Part shown: piece after piece, positions 31,248 through 42,189 of the stretch | How the letters are laid out: every line of letters starts with the position of its first letter | Numbering within the stretch: the stretch's first letter is position 1 | DNA from: an uncultured delta proteobacterium | GTDB taxonomy: Bacteria > Desulfobacterota > Binatia > UBA9968 | DNA: 64,000 bases | NCBI GenBank assembly: GCA_963745035.1 | Contig: CAVUVW010000014.1 | Coordinates: 96,001 to 160,000, forward strand | Direction of reading: 5' to 3' | Notes under the pieces: model-generated | What the model saw: the letters and a program-made list of their open reading frames with translations, nothing else | The model's database searches: none | Told to the model about the DNA's origin: nothing | Made by a program: the position numbers and the translations under genes

Positions 31248-31673
31248 TTTTCTGGGATAGCTCCGCGATCGCTCCCTTGTGTGTCAAATGAGCCTTCAAG
31301 CGCAACAGTTAGATCGATTCTCGTCGACGACCCGGTCGCTATGGTTTGGTGGACAACACGCACCGAATGTATTTCGGCCCTCGCTCGGCAAATGTGGGAA
31401 GGCGGCATCACGCTCGCCGGCGAAAGACAGGCGCGAGACGTGCTGCATAAATTTGCGAGTATATGGCTTGAGATTCAACCCACCAACAGCCTGCGAGCTG
31501 TCGCAGAAAGGATGCTTGGCGTCCACGCGCTGAGAGCGGCGGACGCGTTTCAGTTGGCTGCGGCGCTGCAATGGTGTCGAGGAGAAACCAGCGGAATGTC
31601 TCTAGTATGTTTTGATGGTCGCCTTCGTAGCGCGGCGCACAGAGAAGGCTTTACCGTTCTCCCCGCCGAATAA
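31244..31673 (+). CDS. vapC: VapC/PIN toxin (frameshift near 31290)
   Basis: GTG start IFWDSSAI; ECISALAR, LRAADAFQLAAAL, CFDGRL. Confidence 0.82.
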
Positions 31674-31800
31674 GATCCCCAGCACTCAAGAATCCCCGCA
31701 TCGTGACGAAAAGGGGATAGGCCTTTTTTTTCTTCTTGCGTGACGCGTTCTAAGATTTCCACAATCGGACTTATCCCCGTTTTTCCCCTCTTTATCTGAA

Positions 31801-32253
31801 TCAGCTCTTCGCGCGTTCCAGGACCCCGAGATCGATCAGCATGCCCAGCTCGTCTCGACTTACCCATTCCTCCGCGATTTTCCCATCGTGAAATCGGAAA
31901 ATCGCGATTGCCGGCCAGGTGACCGTCTTTCCCGCCACAATGTGCGTGCCGAGACGACTCGTCCATTCGCTGCGGTTCACCGCCCGATGACTCAATCTAC
32001 ACGCCACTTGATCTTTCTCCGCGATGAAATCGTGAATGGTCGTCGTGAACTCGGAATACACCTGGAGGATTCTTTCCAGCGCTTGCCTGAATGCTTCGAG
32101 TCCTCGGATAGGCTCTGAAGCCTCGGGGCGATGTATCATGCAGTCCGTTGTCACAATCTCATCAAGAATATCAAGGTGGCGCTTATCCACTACTTCCTCG
32201 AAATAGCGACGGACGGTTTCTTTATTGGAGTCAGTGGACATGGTCATCTCCAT
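31801..32253 (-). CDS. SnoaL-like ester cyclase (NTF2 fold)
   Basis: NKETVRRYFEEV, TIHDFIAEKDQV, FRFHDGKIAEEW...DELGM. Confidence 0.85.
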   Translation of the reverse strand: MEMTMSTDSNKETVRRYFEEVVDKRHLDILDEIVTTDCMIHRPEASEPIRGLEAFRQALERILQVYSEFTTTIHDFIAEKDQVACRLSHRAVNRSEWTSRLGTHIVAGKTVTWPAIAIFRFHDGKIAEEWVSRDELGMLIDLGVLERAKS

Positions 32254-32469
32254 TTTTCCTTCCGCCGTGAAAAATCACACCACGTGCAGTAACGCGAGCC
32301 GTACGAAGCATGGGTGCAAACCTATTCCAAGACGTTCTCGGATTTCAATAATCGCTTATCCCATTTCCCCCCCTCGAGCCAGGTAAACAATTCCCCAGGG
32401 CGTACAGTTTTACGCTTACTGAATCATCGCTCTTGGCGCTAAAGAACCCACAAATCCGTTGCCTTTCAC

Positions 32470-32486
32470 TTGGCATGGTTGCTGCT
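32470..32486 (+). promoter_or_regulatory. Possible sigma54 promoter for the downstream secreted protein
   Basis: TTGGCATGGTTGCTGCT (GG-N10-GC), about 45 bp before ATG 32530. Confidence 0.4.
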
Positions 32487-32529
32487 GTTCCCAACCCCGC
32501 TGAACCGACTGAAACAAAAAGGAGAGAGC

Positions 32530-32838
32530 ATGAACATATCAAAGATAATTCCGCCAACTGTGGTTATTTTCGCACTGGCGCTGACAGCATTTCCCGCCAT
32601 GGCCAAGCAGGGAGGCAATGCCAAAGGCAAGAGCGAGGAAAAGAAGGCAACAAAGGAAAACTCTGGCCGTCAGACTGGTGAGTTACCTTCGGGTTTGCAG
32701 AAACACGCGGAGAGAAAAGGCCAGCTTCCCTCCGGATTGCAAAAAAAGCAGGACGAGACGGGGCAACTCACCAAGGGCCTTGAGAACGGCGGCAAAAAGC
32801 TAGAGTCCGGCGCCAACAAAAATAAACCTTCGAAGTAA
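32530..32838 (+). CDS. Small secreted Lys/Gly-rich protein with three G[EQ]L[PT]xGL[QE] repeats
   Basis: RBS AAGGAG, signal peptide ending AMA, GELPSGLQK / GQLPSGLQK / GQLTKGLEN. Confidence 0.7.
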   Translation: MNISKIIPPTVVIFALALTAFPAMAKQGGNAKGKSEEKKATKENSGRQTGELPSGLQKHAERKGQLPSGLQKKQDETGQLTKGLENGGKKLESGANKNKPSK

Positions 32839-33642
32839 CATTTTTGCTCGAATCGAAACCGAAAGCATCGCTCGTATGACATTTAGCTCGATGCCGTTCA
32901 AAGGGCTCAACGAATTGGCGATCCGCATTCGCGGCGTTTGCTATTCCGCTTTTAGCTCGCCGCATTTAGGAATTACCTGGGCGATGTTGACGTTGGTAAG
33001 CGGACTAATTTACCTGATGTACGCTGAGCGCAAGGGGCGGATTTTTGACGAAATGGCTGCGAGACTCGCATGACAAGGACAGTAACGCGGTCGGCATCGA
33101 TCGTCTCGAGAGTTGGCTTTAACGGGAAAGTTCCTTCCGAAACCAGCCGTAACGAATCAATATTTTCTAGTGCTGGAGCATCATCTAGTCGGTCCCGCGT
33201 CGCTGCCCCCGCGGTGGTACAGGGTTTTTTTCGCTTCCCCTGAATAGAGCCGGCTAACGCTAAGGCAGAGAAAAACGCTTGCAGCAGGACTCCTCAGCGC
33301 CCTTCGATCATTAGGCCGGCGCCCGGTCGATATGTGAATGTGGGCATCGAGGAAGGCTTCCGATCTTTTCCGTTTCGCACGGCCTGACGTCTTGTTCCTC
33401 GGACGCTCGCCGAGCTGCGCGCTGCAACCGATGAGCCCGGTAAAAACCAAAACCGCGATTACCGAGTTGAATCGTATCATTTTATCCTCACATTTCGGCA
33501 ATCATGATCCCCAAATGTCGTTAGCCAAAAAAGGAGAACCGCGCAGTCAGTGCATCACGATTGAACGACCGACGCGACAGGTCAACCCTTCGAAGCACTG
33601 CTTTGAAGGAGAATTCAATTCAATCCTGGGATCGCCGCCTCG

Positions 33643-34627
33643 TTATTTGATCACCTTATCCGCTCTCGCCAGCACTTTCGGCGGAATCGTCACACCCATT
33701 TGCTTGGCGGTTTTCAGATTGATTACCAGCTCGAACTTCTTGGGCTGCTCCACCGACAGATCGGCAGGCTTGGCACCCTTCAGGATTTTGTCCACCAAGA
33801 TGCTGCACGCCGCCACTGATCGCGACGGTCATGCCATAGGAGATGAGGCCACCGGCGACGGACCAATCAGGCTCCCCGCACATTGTCGGTAATCGGTTCT
33901 TAATCGCAAGCTCCACAAGTTCTCTTCGGTGAAAGGCAGTGAAGGTGCCGTGAAAGATGATAAGGGCAGCCGCCTGCTCTTTCTTCATTGCGGCGTATGT
34001 ATCCAAAAACTGGCTAGGGTCTTTTACCTCCAATGGTTGAATCTGGATTCCCAAAGTCCGGGCCTCAGTCTGTGTCTCTTTCAATTCTTCGTGATCTCCC
34101 GCCCGGACCCCCATGGTAAAGGACAGCCACGCGGGAGACCTTGGGAAAGGTCTGCTTGAGAAGTTCTAACCGCTTCGCACTTAAATCCGGGTCAATGTTA
34201 GTGGCTCCTGTGACGTTTCCACCTGGTCGGCGAGACTGGCAACAAGGCCTTCGCCTACGAGATCACCAGCACCGACTGTAACAATAGGGATCGTGCTGGT
34301 CGCTTGCTTGGCAGCAAGGGTCGCCTGCGTGCCTTGTGTGACAATAATTTCCACCTTCAGACGGACTAACTCGGCAGCGAGATCGGGGAGCCGGTCGGCT
34401 TTACCCTCTGCCCATCGGTACTCAGCCAGGATGTTTTCTCCCTCGATATAACCGAGATCACGCAAACCCTGCCGGAATGCGTCGACGCGGGCAGAGAGAA
34501 CGGAAGGGGAGTTGCCCCCAAGGAATCCCATCCGAGACACTTTCTTCGGCTGCTGCGCCTCAGCTATCACTGCAAATGCAAGCAGCATCGCTGCAGCCAT
34601 GATTGATGACCAATAAGCTTTGTTCAT
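33643..34627 (-). CDS. ABC transporter substrate-binding protein (ABC_sub_bind type), copy 1, frameshifted
   Basis: [35 protein letters not shown]; C-terminal [11 protein letters not shown]...ARADKVIK. Confidence 0.8.
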
Positions 34628-34629
34628 GG

Positions 34630-34812
34630 TTCGCCTCTTTCGTGACAAGACTTATCACGAACACGGAAGCTGAGAACAGTAATATTTAGGCGGAAGGGAA
34701 AACCAGATTTTTCGAGGTAAAAAGGCTAAATTCGACCTGGAATTGAACTGAACGACGCTTCAATGTGGTGCTGCGGCAGATTGCGTTGATGGAGAATACA
34801 GTTCAATCCTGG
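34630..34812 (-). repeat. Conserved inter-cassette module: ATTGAACTG...CAGTTCAAT inverted repeat plus ~110-bp leader/promoter
   Basis: Homologous segments at ~36790-36940, ~38520-38650, ~39660-39815, and partial at 33560-33630. Confidence 0.75.
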
Positions 34813-34814
34813 GG

Positions 34815-35808
34815 TTACTTGATCACCTTGTCCGCTCTCGCCAGTACGTTCGGCGGGATCGTGAGGCCGATTTGCTTGGCGGCTTTCAGATTGATTACCA
34901 ATTCGAACTTCGTCGGCTGCTCCACTGGCAGCTCGCCGGGCTTGGCTCCTTTGAGAATCTTATCTACGTAGGTCGCCGCGCGCCGGAACAGGTCGTCAAA
35001 GCTGACGCTGTAGGTCATAAGCCCGCCCTCTTCAACATATTCCGGCCACGGGTAGATCGCCGGAAGCTGGTTCTTTATTGCGAGGTCTGCAATCTGCGTT
35101 CGCTGGGAAATGATGACGAAGTTCGACAGCGCGAGCACTGCTTCAGCACGACCCTTGTTTGCGGCCTGGAATGCAGACCTGAATATCCTTCGGAGCCAGT
35201 ACGTCTAGGTATTGAAGCTGCACCTTGAACGCTCGTGCGGCGACTTCCGTTTCTCTCAACGTTCGAGCGTTGGCCGGCTCGGCTGAACTCCCGAGGACGG
35301 CGACACGCGAGAGCTTAGGAACGATCTCCTTTAGCAGCTCCAGTTGTTTTCCACTGATCTCGGGGGCAAGGATCGAAAATCCAGTAATGTTCCCACTTGG
35401 TCGCGCCAGGCTGGCGACAAACCCGTTTCCAACAGGATCGGTATCAAACCCCATAACGATGGGAATCGTAGCAGTTTCTTTTTTGGCGGGAGCGGTGGCT
35501 GCCGGACCGCCAGAGAGGATGACGTCTACCTTGAGATGAACGAGCTCGGCCGCGAGCGCTGGAACACGTTCGAGTTTTCCCTCGGCATATCGCGAGTCAA
35601 GGACAACGTTTTTCCCCTCACATACCCAAGCTCACGCAGGCCTTGGCGGAATGCCTCGATGCGGTCCGAGACAGCAGAGGGGGAGACAACAGCTAGGAAT
35701 CCTATCCGGGGAACTTTCCGCGGCGGCTGCGCCTCGCTGCGTAAGCAAAGAGGCAATGAGCATGGCGCAAAAAACGAACACAAAAACGTTGCCTTTAGCT
35801 GTTTTCAC
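34815..35808 (-). CDS. ABC substrate-binding protein, copy 2, frameshifted
   Basis: [74 protein letters not shown]. Confidence 0.8.
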
Positions 35809-36786
35809 TTGATCACCCTATCCGCCCTGGCCAGGACGTTCGGCGGAATCGTCAGACCGATCTGCTTCGCGGTTTTGAGATTGATCACCAACTCAAACTT
35901 CGTCGGCTGCTCGACTGGGAGATCAGCGGGCTTAGCGCCTTTGAGGATCTTGTCGACCATCGAAGCAGCGCGCCTGTAAGGCTCGCCTTGGTCGGCTGCG
36001 TACGACATCAAGCCACCGCCTTCGACAAAATCTCCCCGAAAGTACATCGAGGCCAGCCGGTTTTTTGTCGCCAAGTTCGTGATCAGTTTTTGATGAGAAG
36101 TCGCCAACGTGTGCTGCGTCACGGCGAGCGCTGCGCTACGCACCTTGATCGCCTCTTTGAACGCGCTTTCGTATTGGTCGGCGCTGCTGACCTCCATAGA
36201 GTGGAGTTGCAGGCCCAGTTCTCCTGCCGACAACTGGCTATCGTTCCATAATCGCGCACTGCCTGAATTTTTTGGATCCCACAGCACTGCAACGTGCGAG
36301 AGTTTCGGAATGGTTTGTTTGAGCAACTCCAGTCGTTTGCCAGTCAAATCCGCCGCAATGGTGGTGAACCCCGTGATATTCCCCCCAGGCCGTGCGAGGC
36401 TGTCCACTAACCCGCCGCAACAGGATCAGAAACGGCTCCAATAAAAACGATGGGGATCGTGCTGGTGGCTTTCTTGAGAGCCAACGCCCCAGTCGCCCGG
36501 GCGTCAGGAGCACGTCAACTTTGAGACGAACCAGCTCATCAGCCAGGCCCGCGAGCCGGGCGAGCTGATCATCAGCGAATCGACGCTCGAAAGTTACGTT
36601 CTTACCCTCAACATAGCCAAGTTTACGGAACCCTCGCAGGCATAGATCGAGCCAGCGGTTGAAGCAGCGGACCCGGGTGAGAGCGCCGATTTTCAAGATC
36701 TTTGCTTGCTGCTGCGCCTCGGCGATTTCGGTAACAACAAGCAGCACCACTACAAACAGGATTGAAAAGACAGCCGCTTTCCTCAT
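35805..36786 (-). CDS. ABC substrate-binding protein, copy 3, frameshifted
   Basis: MRKAAVF signal peptide, [38 protein letters not shown]. Confidence 0.82.
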
Positions 36787-36996
36787 TGCACACCCATGGC
36801 CCGTCATGTGTATCACGTGGTCGGTAGTAGAGAACAGTGAAATTTTACGGCGGAAGGCGACTGGTTCGGAGAGTGGGAAGACCGATTTAGCCTTAGATTG
36901 AACTGAACGACGCATCAGTTAACTCTCACAAGATTGCATCGGACGTACCCGCTGATGTATACCCCGTCACGCTTAGGACAGAGCAACTCTTAATGA

Positions 36997-38259
36997 TCAC
37001 GGGTTGTTTACTGCTCCCATAAACAATATCTCTTGATCCTGGTTATCGCGAATAGCAAAAAAGAAGGGGCGATTAACTTCCATGTAAAATGTCTTCGGCC
37101 GTGGCCGAACCGAGGTGACTCCAGCGCCCACACTCGTTGCCGCAGCCGCTTCCGTTCCTTCCTCGTTTACATCCACATAGCTTTTGTGTAGCACTTCGCT
37201 TATATTCAACCGATGCTGATCGCTAATTCCACTTAAATCAGCATTATCTTGGAACGCAACTCCCATTCCCAGTTTTGCAAGCAGCAAATTTAGTTCTTTT
37301 GCGTATTCTATTTTGAATCTCGGCAGTAAAATTGTCCCTTCAATATTTTCGTATTGCTTCATCCACTCGTTCCACGCCTTTATATCAAAGCCCCTAATGA
37401 AAGTTTCCAAATTCTTCGGTAGAAAAACATACATACTTAATCGCTTATTCTCTCCATAAGGCAAATTGACACTTTGGAAAGTCTCCGTTTCCAAATACGG
37501 CAATAAGTGCGTTTGCCGCATCAGCGGATGTTTTTTAGATGCTCCATTGGCCGTTGTGAATAACCTGTCTTGAGTTAGTTTTCTATCAAATTCAGTTGTC
37601 CAGCTCCCTTTGAAATACACCGCATTGATCAGATACATCACCATCTCGTCGGGAATGTTCTCCACTATCTTTGGTATTTTGCCCTTGGTATTTTTACTAA
37701 CCCAAGAATTGATCTTGCCGACTGCGCTTGGGTCTTTGAAATCGAGGGCAGAAATTTCTGCATTGTAATATTTCGCTGCGGCCGTTAAAAAATCCTGCCG
37801 AAACTCTATTCCTTTTCTCGCCCATACCGAATTAGCAATGGCGAGCTCTACTTTTGGGTCGGGGTTTTTTAACAGATTGATCAGAGCGAGGCTTTGCTGG
37901 TTGACGCTCGAGATGTCTAAATTTTTAAACTGTAGAGTTTTCTCTATCGCATCTTTTGTCTCGCCCTTAGCCCCGTTGTAGACCATGGACAATGCCAGGC
38001 CGATGCTCGAAGGCGAAATAAAAACATTATTATTCCCTTCCGCTTCGACGAGGATCTTAAATAAGTCAAACCCGAACGCATTATGGGCTTGGGAAATATC
38101 TTTAGGCGTTTTATTTGCAACAGCGGCAAGTAAATGTGTTGCCGTCAATGCGAAGCAGGCAAATAATCCGACCATTCCAGAAAAAATCGTGACGGGCTGT
38201 ATTTTTGATGTTCTGGAGTTGGGTAAATAACGGAAAGTTCCGTTTGTAATGAAAGTCAT
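36997..38259 (-). CDS. Serpin (serine protease inhibitor), probably secreted
   Basis: NVFISPSSI, GAKGET, INSWVSKNTKGKI, NAVYFKGSW, LPRFKIE, VNEEGTEAAAAT, VNRPFFFAI, ILFMGAV; visibly AT-rich. Confidence 0.95.
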   Translation of the reverse strand: MTFITNGTFRYLPNSRTSKIQPVTIFSGMVGLFACFALTATHLLAAVANKTPKDISQAHNAFGFDLFKILVEAEGNNNVFISPSSIGLALSMVYNGAKGETKDAIEKTLQFKNLDISSVNQQSLALINLLKNPDPKVELAIANSVWARKGIEFRQDFLTAAAKYYNAEISALDFKDPSAVGKINSWVSKNTKGKIPKIVENIPDEMVMYLINAVYFKGSWTTEFDRKLTQDRLFTTANGASKKHPLMRQTHLLPYLETETFQSVNLPYGENKRLSMYVFLPKNLETFIRGFDIKAWNEWMKQYENIEGTILLPRFKIEYAKELNLLLAKLGMGVAFQDNADLSGISDQHRLNISEVLHKSYVDVNEEGTEAAAATSVGAGVTSVRPRPKTFYMEVNRPFFFAIRDNQDQEILFMGAVNNP

Positions 38260-38662
38260 CTGATCTCCTCAATAACTGCGCCAGCGGTGGCCTTTGTAAC
38301 TTAGACTATCGAAACTGCCAAAAGTGCCCTTGGCAATGGAATTTTACGAAAGGGCCTGTTTCCCTCAGATTCCCAAGAAAACAGCCCTGCAACGATTTGA
38401 TTTGCCGCGAGATTTCGTTGGGAAATCACTCCTTAAGAGTAAACCCAACAGCAAGCAGCACCGCGGCGACCAGCATTGGTGAGAGACAACTTTCGTAGAT
38501 TCACACGTCATTGGGGAGGCTATTATTTAGCAGGTGCAAGGCACTTGCGAAAAGTATTAATAACGGCAGAAGGCGACAACGTTCCTCGAGGAGAAAACAG
38601 CTACATTGCGCCCGAGATTGAACTGTAGGAGAATTCAGTTCAATCCTAGCGTCGCCGGGTGG

Positions 38663-39645
38663 TTACTTAATCACCCGATCCGCCCGCGCCAGCACGTTGG
38701 GAGGAATCGTCAGGCCGATCTGCTTGGCGGCTTTGAGATTGATGATGAACTCGAACTTCTTCGGTTGCTCCACGGGCAGATCGGCGGGCTTGGCACCTTT
38801 CAATATCTTATCCACGTAGATGGCAGCACGCCGGGACAGGTCGGTAAGGTTCGGCGCGTAAACCATAAGGCCCCCGGCCTCTACAAATTCTTCCCTGCTG
38901 TATATTACCGGGAGGCGGGTCTTTACCGCGAGGTCTACGACCTGTGTTCGTTGAGAAAGTAAGGCGGCGGCAGTCTCCGCGAGGACCGCGCTAGCACGAC
39001 CATTGTTGGCGGTTTGGAATGCAGTCTCGATATCCTTTGGGGCTTCCACCGCCAGCATTAGAAGTTGCAGACCCAACGCCTGAGCAGATACCTCAATCTC
39101 TTTCATTAGTGCCGCGTTTTTCTGTTGAACTTGAGCGACGAACACAGCTACACGAAAAAGTTTAGGTACGATCTCCTTGAGAAGCTCCAGCCGTTTGCCG
39201 ATTAAATCGGTAGACATGGCGCTCAGCCCTGTGATGTTCCCCCCGGTCGAGCCAGACTCACGACGAATCCTGAACCAATGGGATCGTCACCCTGAGTCAT
39301 GACAATGGGAATCGTAGCCGTTGCGTCCTTGGCAGCACGGGTTGATGTTCCACCTCCGGGAACGATCACATCGACTTTGAGGCGGACCAGTTCAGCCACG
39401 AGATCGTGAAGCCGATCCAGCTTTCCCTCAGCCAAGCGATACTCAATAGATAATCGTTTTCCCCTCCACGTATCCAAGCTCGCGCAGCCCTTGCCGAAGT
39501 CCGTTAAATGTTCGATAGTGGCAAGAGAACCGGCTGTTAGATACCCTATCATTGGGATTTTCTTTGCCTGCTGCGCCTGAGCCGTCACTCCAACAGAAAG
39601 CAGCATCATTGCAACCAGGATTGATGGCACCGCAGCTCTCTTCAT
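38663..39645 (-). CDS. ABC substrate-binding protein, copy 4, frameshifted
   Basis: MKRAAV...[51 protein letters not shown]. Confidence 0.82.
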
Positions 39646-40091
39646 GGCGCACCTCATTCTTGCGGCTTTTTATCACGGAAACGGAAGTTGAGAAAAGTGT
39701 TATTTACGGCAGAGGGAAAACCAGATTCGTCGAGGGAAAGAAGGCTAATTTCAGCGCAGGATTGAACTGAACGACGCATCCATTCGATGTCACGCGAGAT
39801 TGCGTTGATGGAGAAATCACTAACGCATAAAGTTGAGCGGCGCGCTGCCACGATAACCACTGAGTTGAAGCCATCCCCCGGCGATCAGTTCGACGCGGGT
39901 TGGGCCGCAGAGTAGACACCAAGCGAAAACACGAGGAACGATTTTGACGATGCAGCCTACGAATCGAGCCAGGCTGTCGCAAACACGGCTATGTCGGCGA
40001 CCGTACGAATGCAGGCGCGCGGCGTGAAAGCTTGCTGAGGCGTCACCAAGGGTGACGAAAATGATGCAGAATCAAATCGACTTTTTCTGCT

Positions 40092-40742
40092 CTATGCGGA
40101 TACACCGGTCATCGCCTGATGCATCGCCGCGCGCCCAGCTGCGAGGGTCTGCGCGTCTGCCAGCTCAGGACGGCCTGTCCCATACGGCGGCTGTGGCGCG
40201 TACTCCATAATCAGTTCGATGACTCGCCCCATGCTCTCTCCAGCCCAGTACCCCGCAAGTGTAATACCGAAGTCGACACCCGCTGTGATACCGCCTCCGG
40301 TGAGCCGATTACGGTCGACGCAGACGCGCTCATTGCTGGGCTCAGCGCCGAATTGATTCAAGGCTTCACGGGCACCCCAATGCACCGCAGCACGATAGCC
40401 TCGCAGCAGTCCAGCGGCCCCGAGTAGCAGGGACCCTGTGCAAACACTGCACACCCAGCGGGCGCGCGACCCGCGATCAGCTAGAAAGGCGATTGTGGCT
40501 GAATCGCTCAGCAGGTCCAATGTGGGTTTCGCGCCGCCGCCGACAAAAAGGACATCTGGATCAGTCCAAGCATCCTCAAAACTGTTGGTCGCCTGCACGC
40601 TGAGACCGCAGTCCGTGGGCACTGCACCGGAACGGTGCCAGGCACACTGAACTTCGTAGCCGGGCAAGAAACTCCACGCCTGAAGGGGACCGACTAAGTC
40701 CAGTAGGGTCATGCCCGGATATACCAGGGCCAACACTTTCAT
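40092..40742 (-). CDS. DJ-1/PfpI family protein (isonitrile hydratase-like)
   Basis: LLDLVGP, DVLFVGGG, SVCTGSLLLGAAGLL, TGGGITAGVDF, EYAPQPP. Confidence 0.9.
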   Translation of the reverse strand: MKVLALVYPGMTLLDLVGPLQAWSFLPGYEVQCAWHRSGAVPTDCGLSVQATNSFEDAWTDPDVLFVGGGAKPTLDLLSDSATIAFLADRGSRARWVCSVCTGSLLLGAAGLLRGYRAAVHWGAREALNQFGAEPSNERVCVDRNRLTGGGITAGVDFGITLAGYWAGESMGRVIELIMEYAPQPPYGTGRPELADAQTLAAGRAAMHQAMTGVSA

Positions 40743-40933
40743 AGCGCGCTCTCCTTTGAGTATACAGGATGACCAACTGCAGCTTTCCTCGTTACGCGAG
40801 CGAAAAAACTATAAAGTCTCCGCGATGTCAGGACCAACCGCAAACTTTCGGTTACTTGCGCGTATCAAGATGTTACCGCCTAAGGATCGGAGTCCAGCCT
40901 AGATTGGGAATCTCCTCATTGGATCTACGTCAC

Positions 40934-41756
40934 TCAGGGTCCTGAGAAAGCTTCCGGCGGAACGGAATAAAGGTCCGTTGTCACCTTGGCCACGCCAGGG
41001 ACTCGCTTCACAAGCTCTCGACTTTGTCCTCCATGCCGTGGTCCACTCTTCCCTTCACGTGAATATGGCCACCTTCGGCATGCACTTCGAAGGAAGATCC
41101 GCCTACGTCCGTCGATGCAAATAACAGCGGCATAGCACCCGGGAACCCAGAGCAAGATCCTCGAACGCTCGGCTTGATTCGGCAGTGGGCTGATATTCGT
41201 CGAGTTTTGCCGCTTCGACGATCATTCTGCTTCGCTCCCTCTAGGCGCATCGTTGCCATGTTGAGAACAAGGTCGATAACGATTAGGGTCGCGCCAATCG
41301 GCGCCGAACATGGCCATGAGCCGGCGGCTGCGCGCTTTATCGACTTCGTCGACAAAATGACGCGCCGCGGCGCTCCGTGAGGTTCTGCCGCGCCTTGATT
41401 TGTCTAACGCGAAACTCGATGGGCGCGCTCAAAAGCACTTTGAGCACGTGCCCGATGCCGGGTAAAAGCTCGTGGCCCAAATGGCCGTGGTAGACAATTT
41501 TGCCGTCCTGAGCCAGCTCGCACAGCGCCGCTTGAAGCGCGATCCGATAGGGCCGCAGATCTTGCAGCAGGCGGTCCCACCAGTGCGGGCCCTTCTCTAC
41601 GATCTCGTTGAGTTTTGCTTCGGGGATGCGATAGCGCCGGCCGGCTTCGACGAGCACTTCGCGCCCGACACAGCGGTATCCGAGAGCTTGCGCCACAGAC
41701 TGCGCCAATTCCTGGCCCTCTCCTGAAGAGCCTTGGTAGATCGTGATGATTGGCAT
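40934..41756 (-). CDS. Cytidylate kinase-like protein with C-terminal BON-like domain, frameshifted
   Basis: MPIITIYQGSSGEG, LGYRCVGRE, VYHGHLGH, LKVLLSAPIEFR; C-terminal GHIHVKG...VPGVAKVTTDL. Confidence 0.7.
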
Positions 41757-41817
41757 GACGATTACCTCCCTGATTTGCTGCTATTACGCCGAACCCGGAG
41801 CGCTCTGTCGTCCCAGC

Positions 41818-42141
41818 TTAGTCGCTCCCGTACTCTTTCCGCCTGCGGAGCCGATGTTCGTATCGTTGGCGAAGGATCGACTCTCTCCCGAGAGGATCGT
41901 AGTTGCAAGGTCCGTAGAAGTCGATGATATCGCCTTCACTCGGATCCTTGAGCACCGGCCGATCCGAAAATAGCGTGTCATCCCTGATCGCTGGAAATTT
42001 CAGATGGCAGAAGCTGCCGGAAGGATCGGGTACCTTCGAAATAACTCCTTCCGCCGCCCATGCGAACGATTCACTGAGCCCGAACAAAAGTAGCGTGACG
42101 GAAACCAACTTGAACCGCGTTTGCCAAGGGAAAGTTTTCAT
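41818..42141 (-). CDS. Small secreted hypothetical protein (CHLKFPAI...DFYGPC motif)
   Basis: GGAG RBS, signal peptide ending AWA, two Cys. Confidence 0.7.
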   Translation of the reverse strand: MKTFPWQTRFKLVSVTLLLFGLSESFAWAAEGVISKVPDPSGSFCHLKFPAIRDDTLFSDRPVLKDPSEGDIIDFYGPCNYDPLGRESILRQRYEHRLRRRKEYGSD

Positions 42142-42189
42142 CGGCTTGGTCTCCAAACCCTCTCCGCATGTGCCCGCTGAGCAGTAAGC

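Noticed and set aside
32876-33501. Short ORFs 32876-33073 and 33181-33501 (lipoprotein-like start)
   Set aside because: No recognisable family; possibly gene remnants, with too little support to call.
34742-34807. Canonical integron attC site
   Set aside because: AAC/GTT cores are present, but L-box spacing does not fit, one copy is only 30 bp, and no IntI is seen. Kept only as an analogy.
33338-38962. Repeated plus-strand ORFs containing [14 protein letters not shown]...
   Set aside because: They are antisense shadows of the conserved C-terminus of the minus-strand SBP genes.
33560-39815. CRISPR array, since ATTGAAC resembles the ATTGAAAC end of many CRISPR repeats
   Set aside because: The motifs are ~1 kb apart and inverted; there are no regular 30-40-bp spacers and no cas genes.
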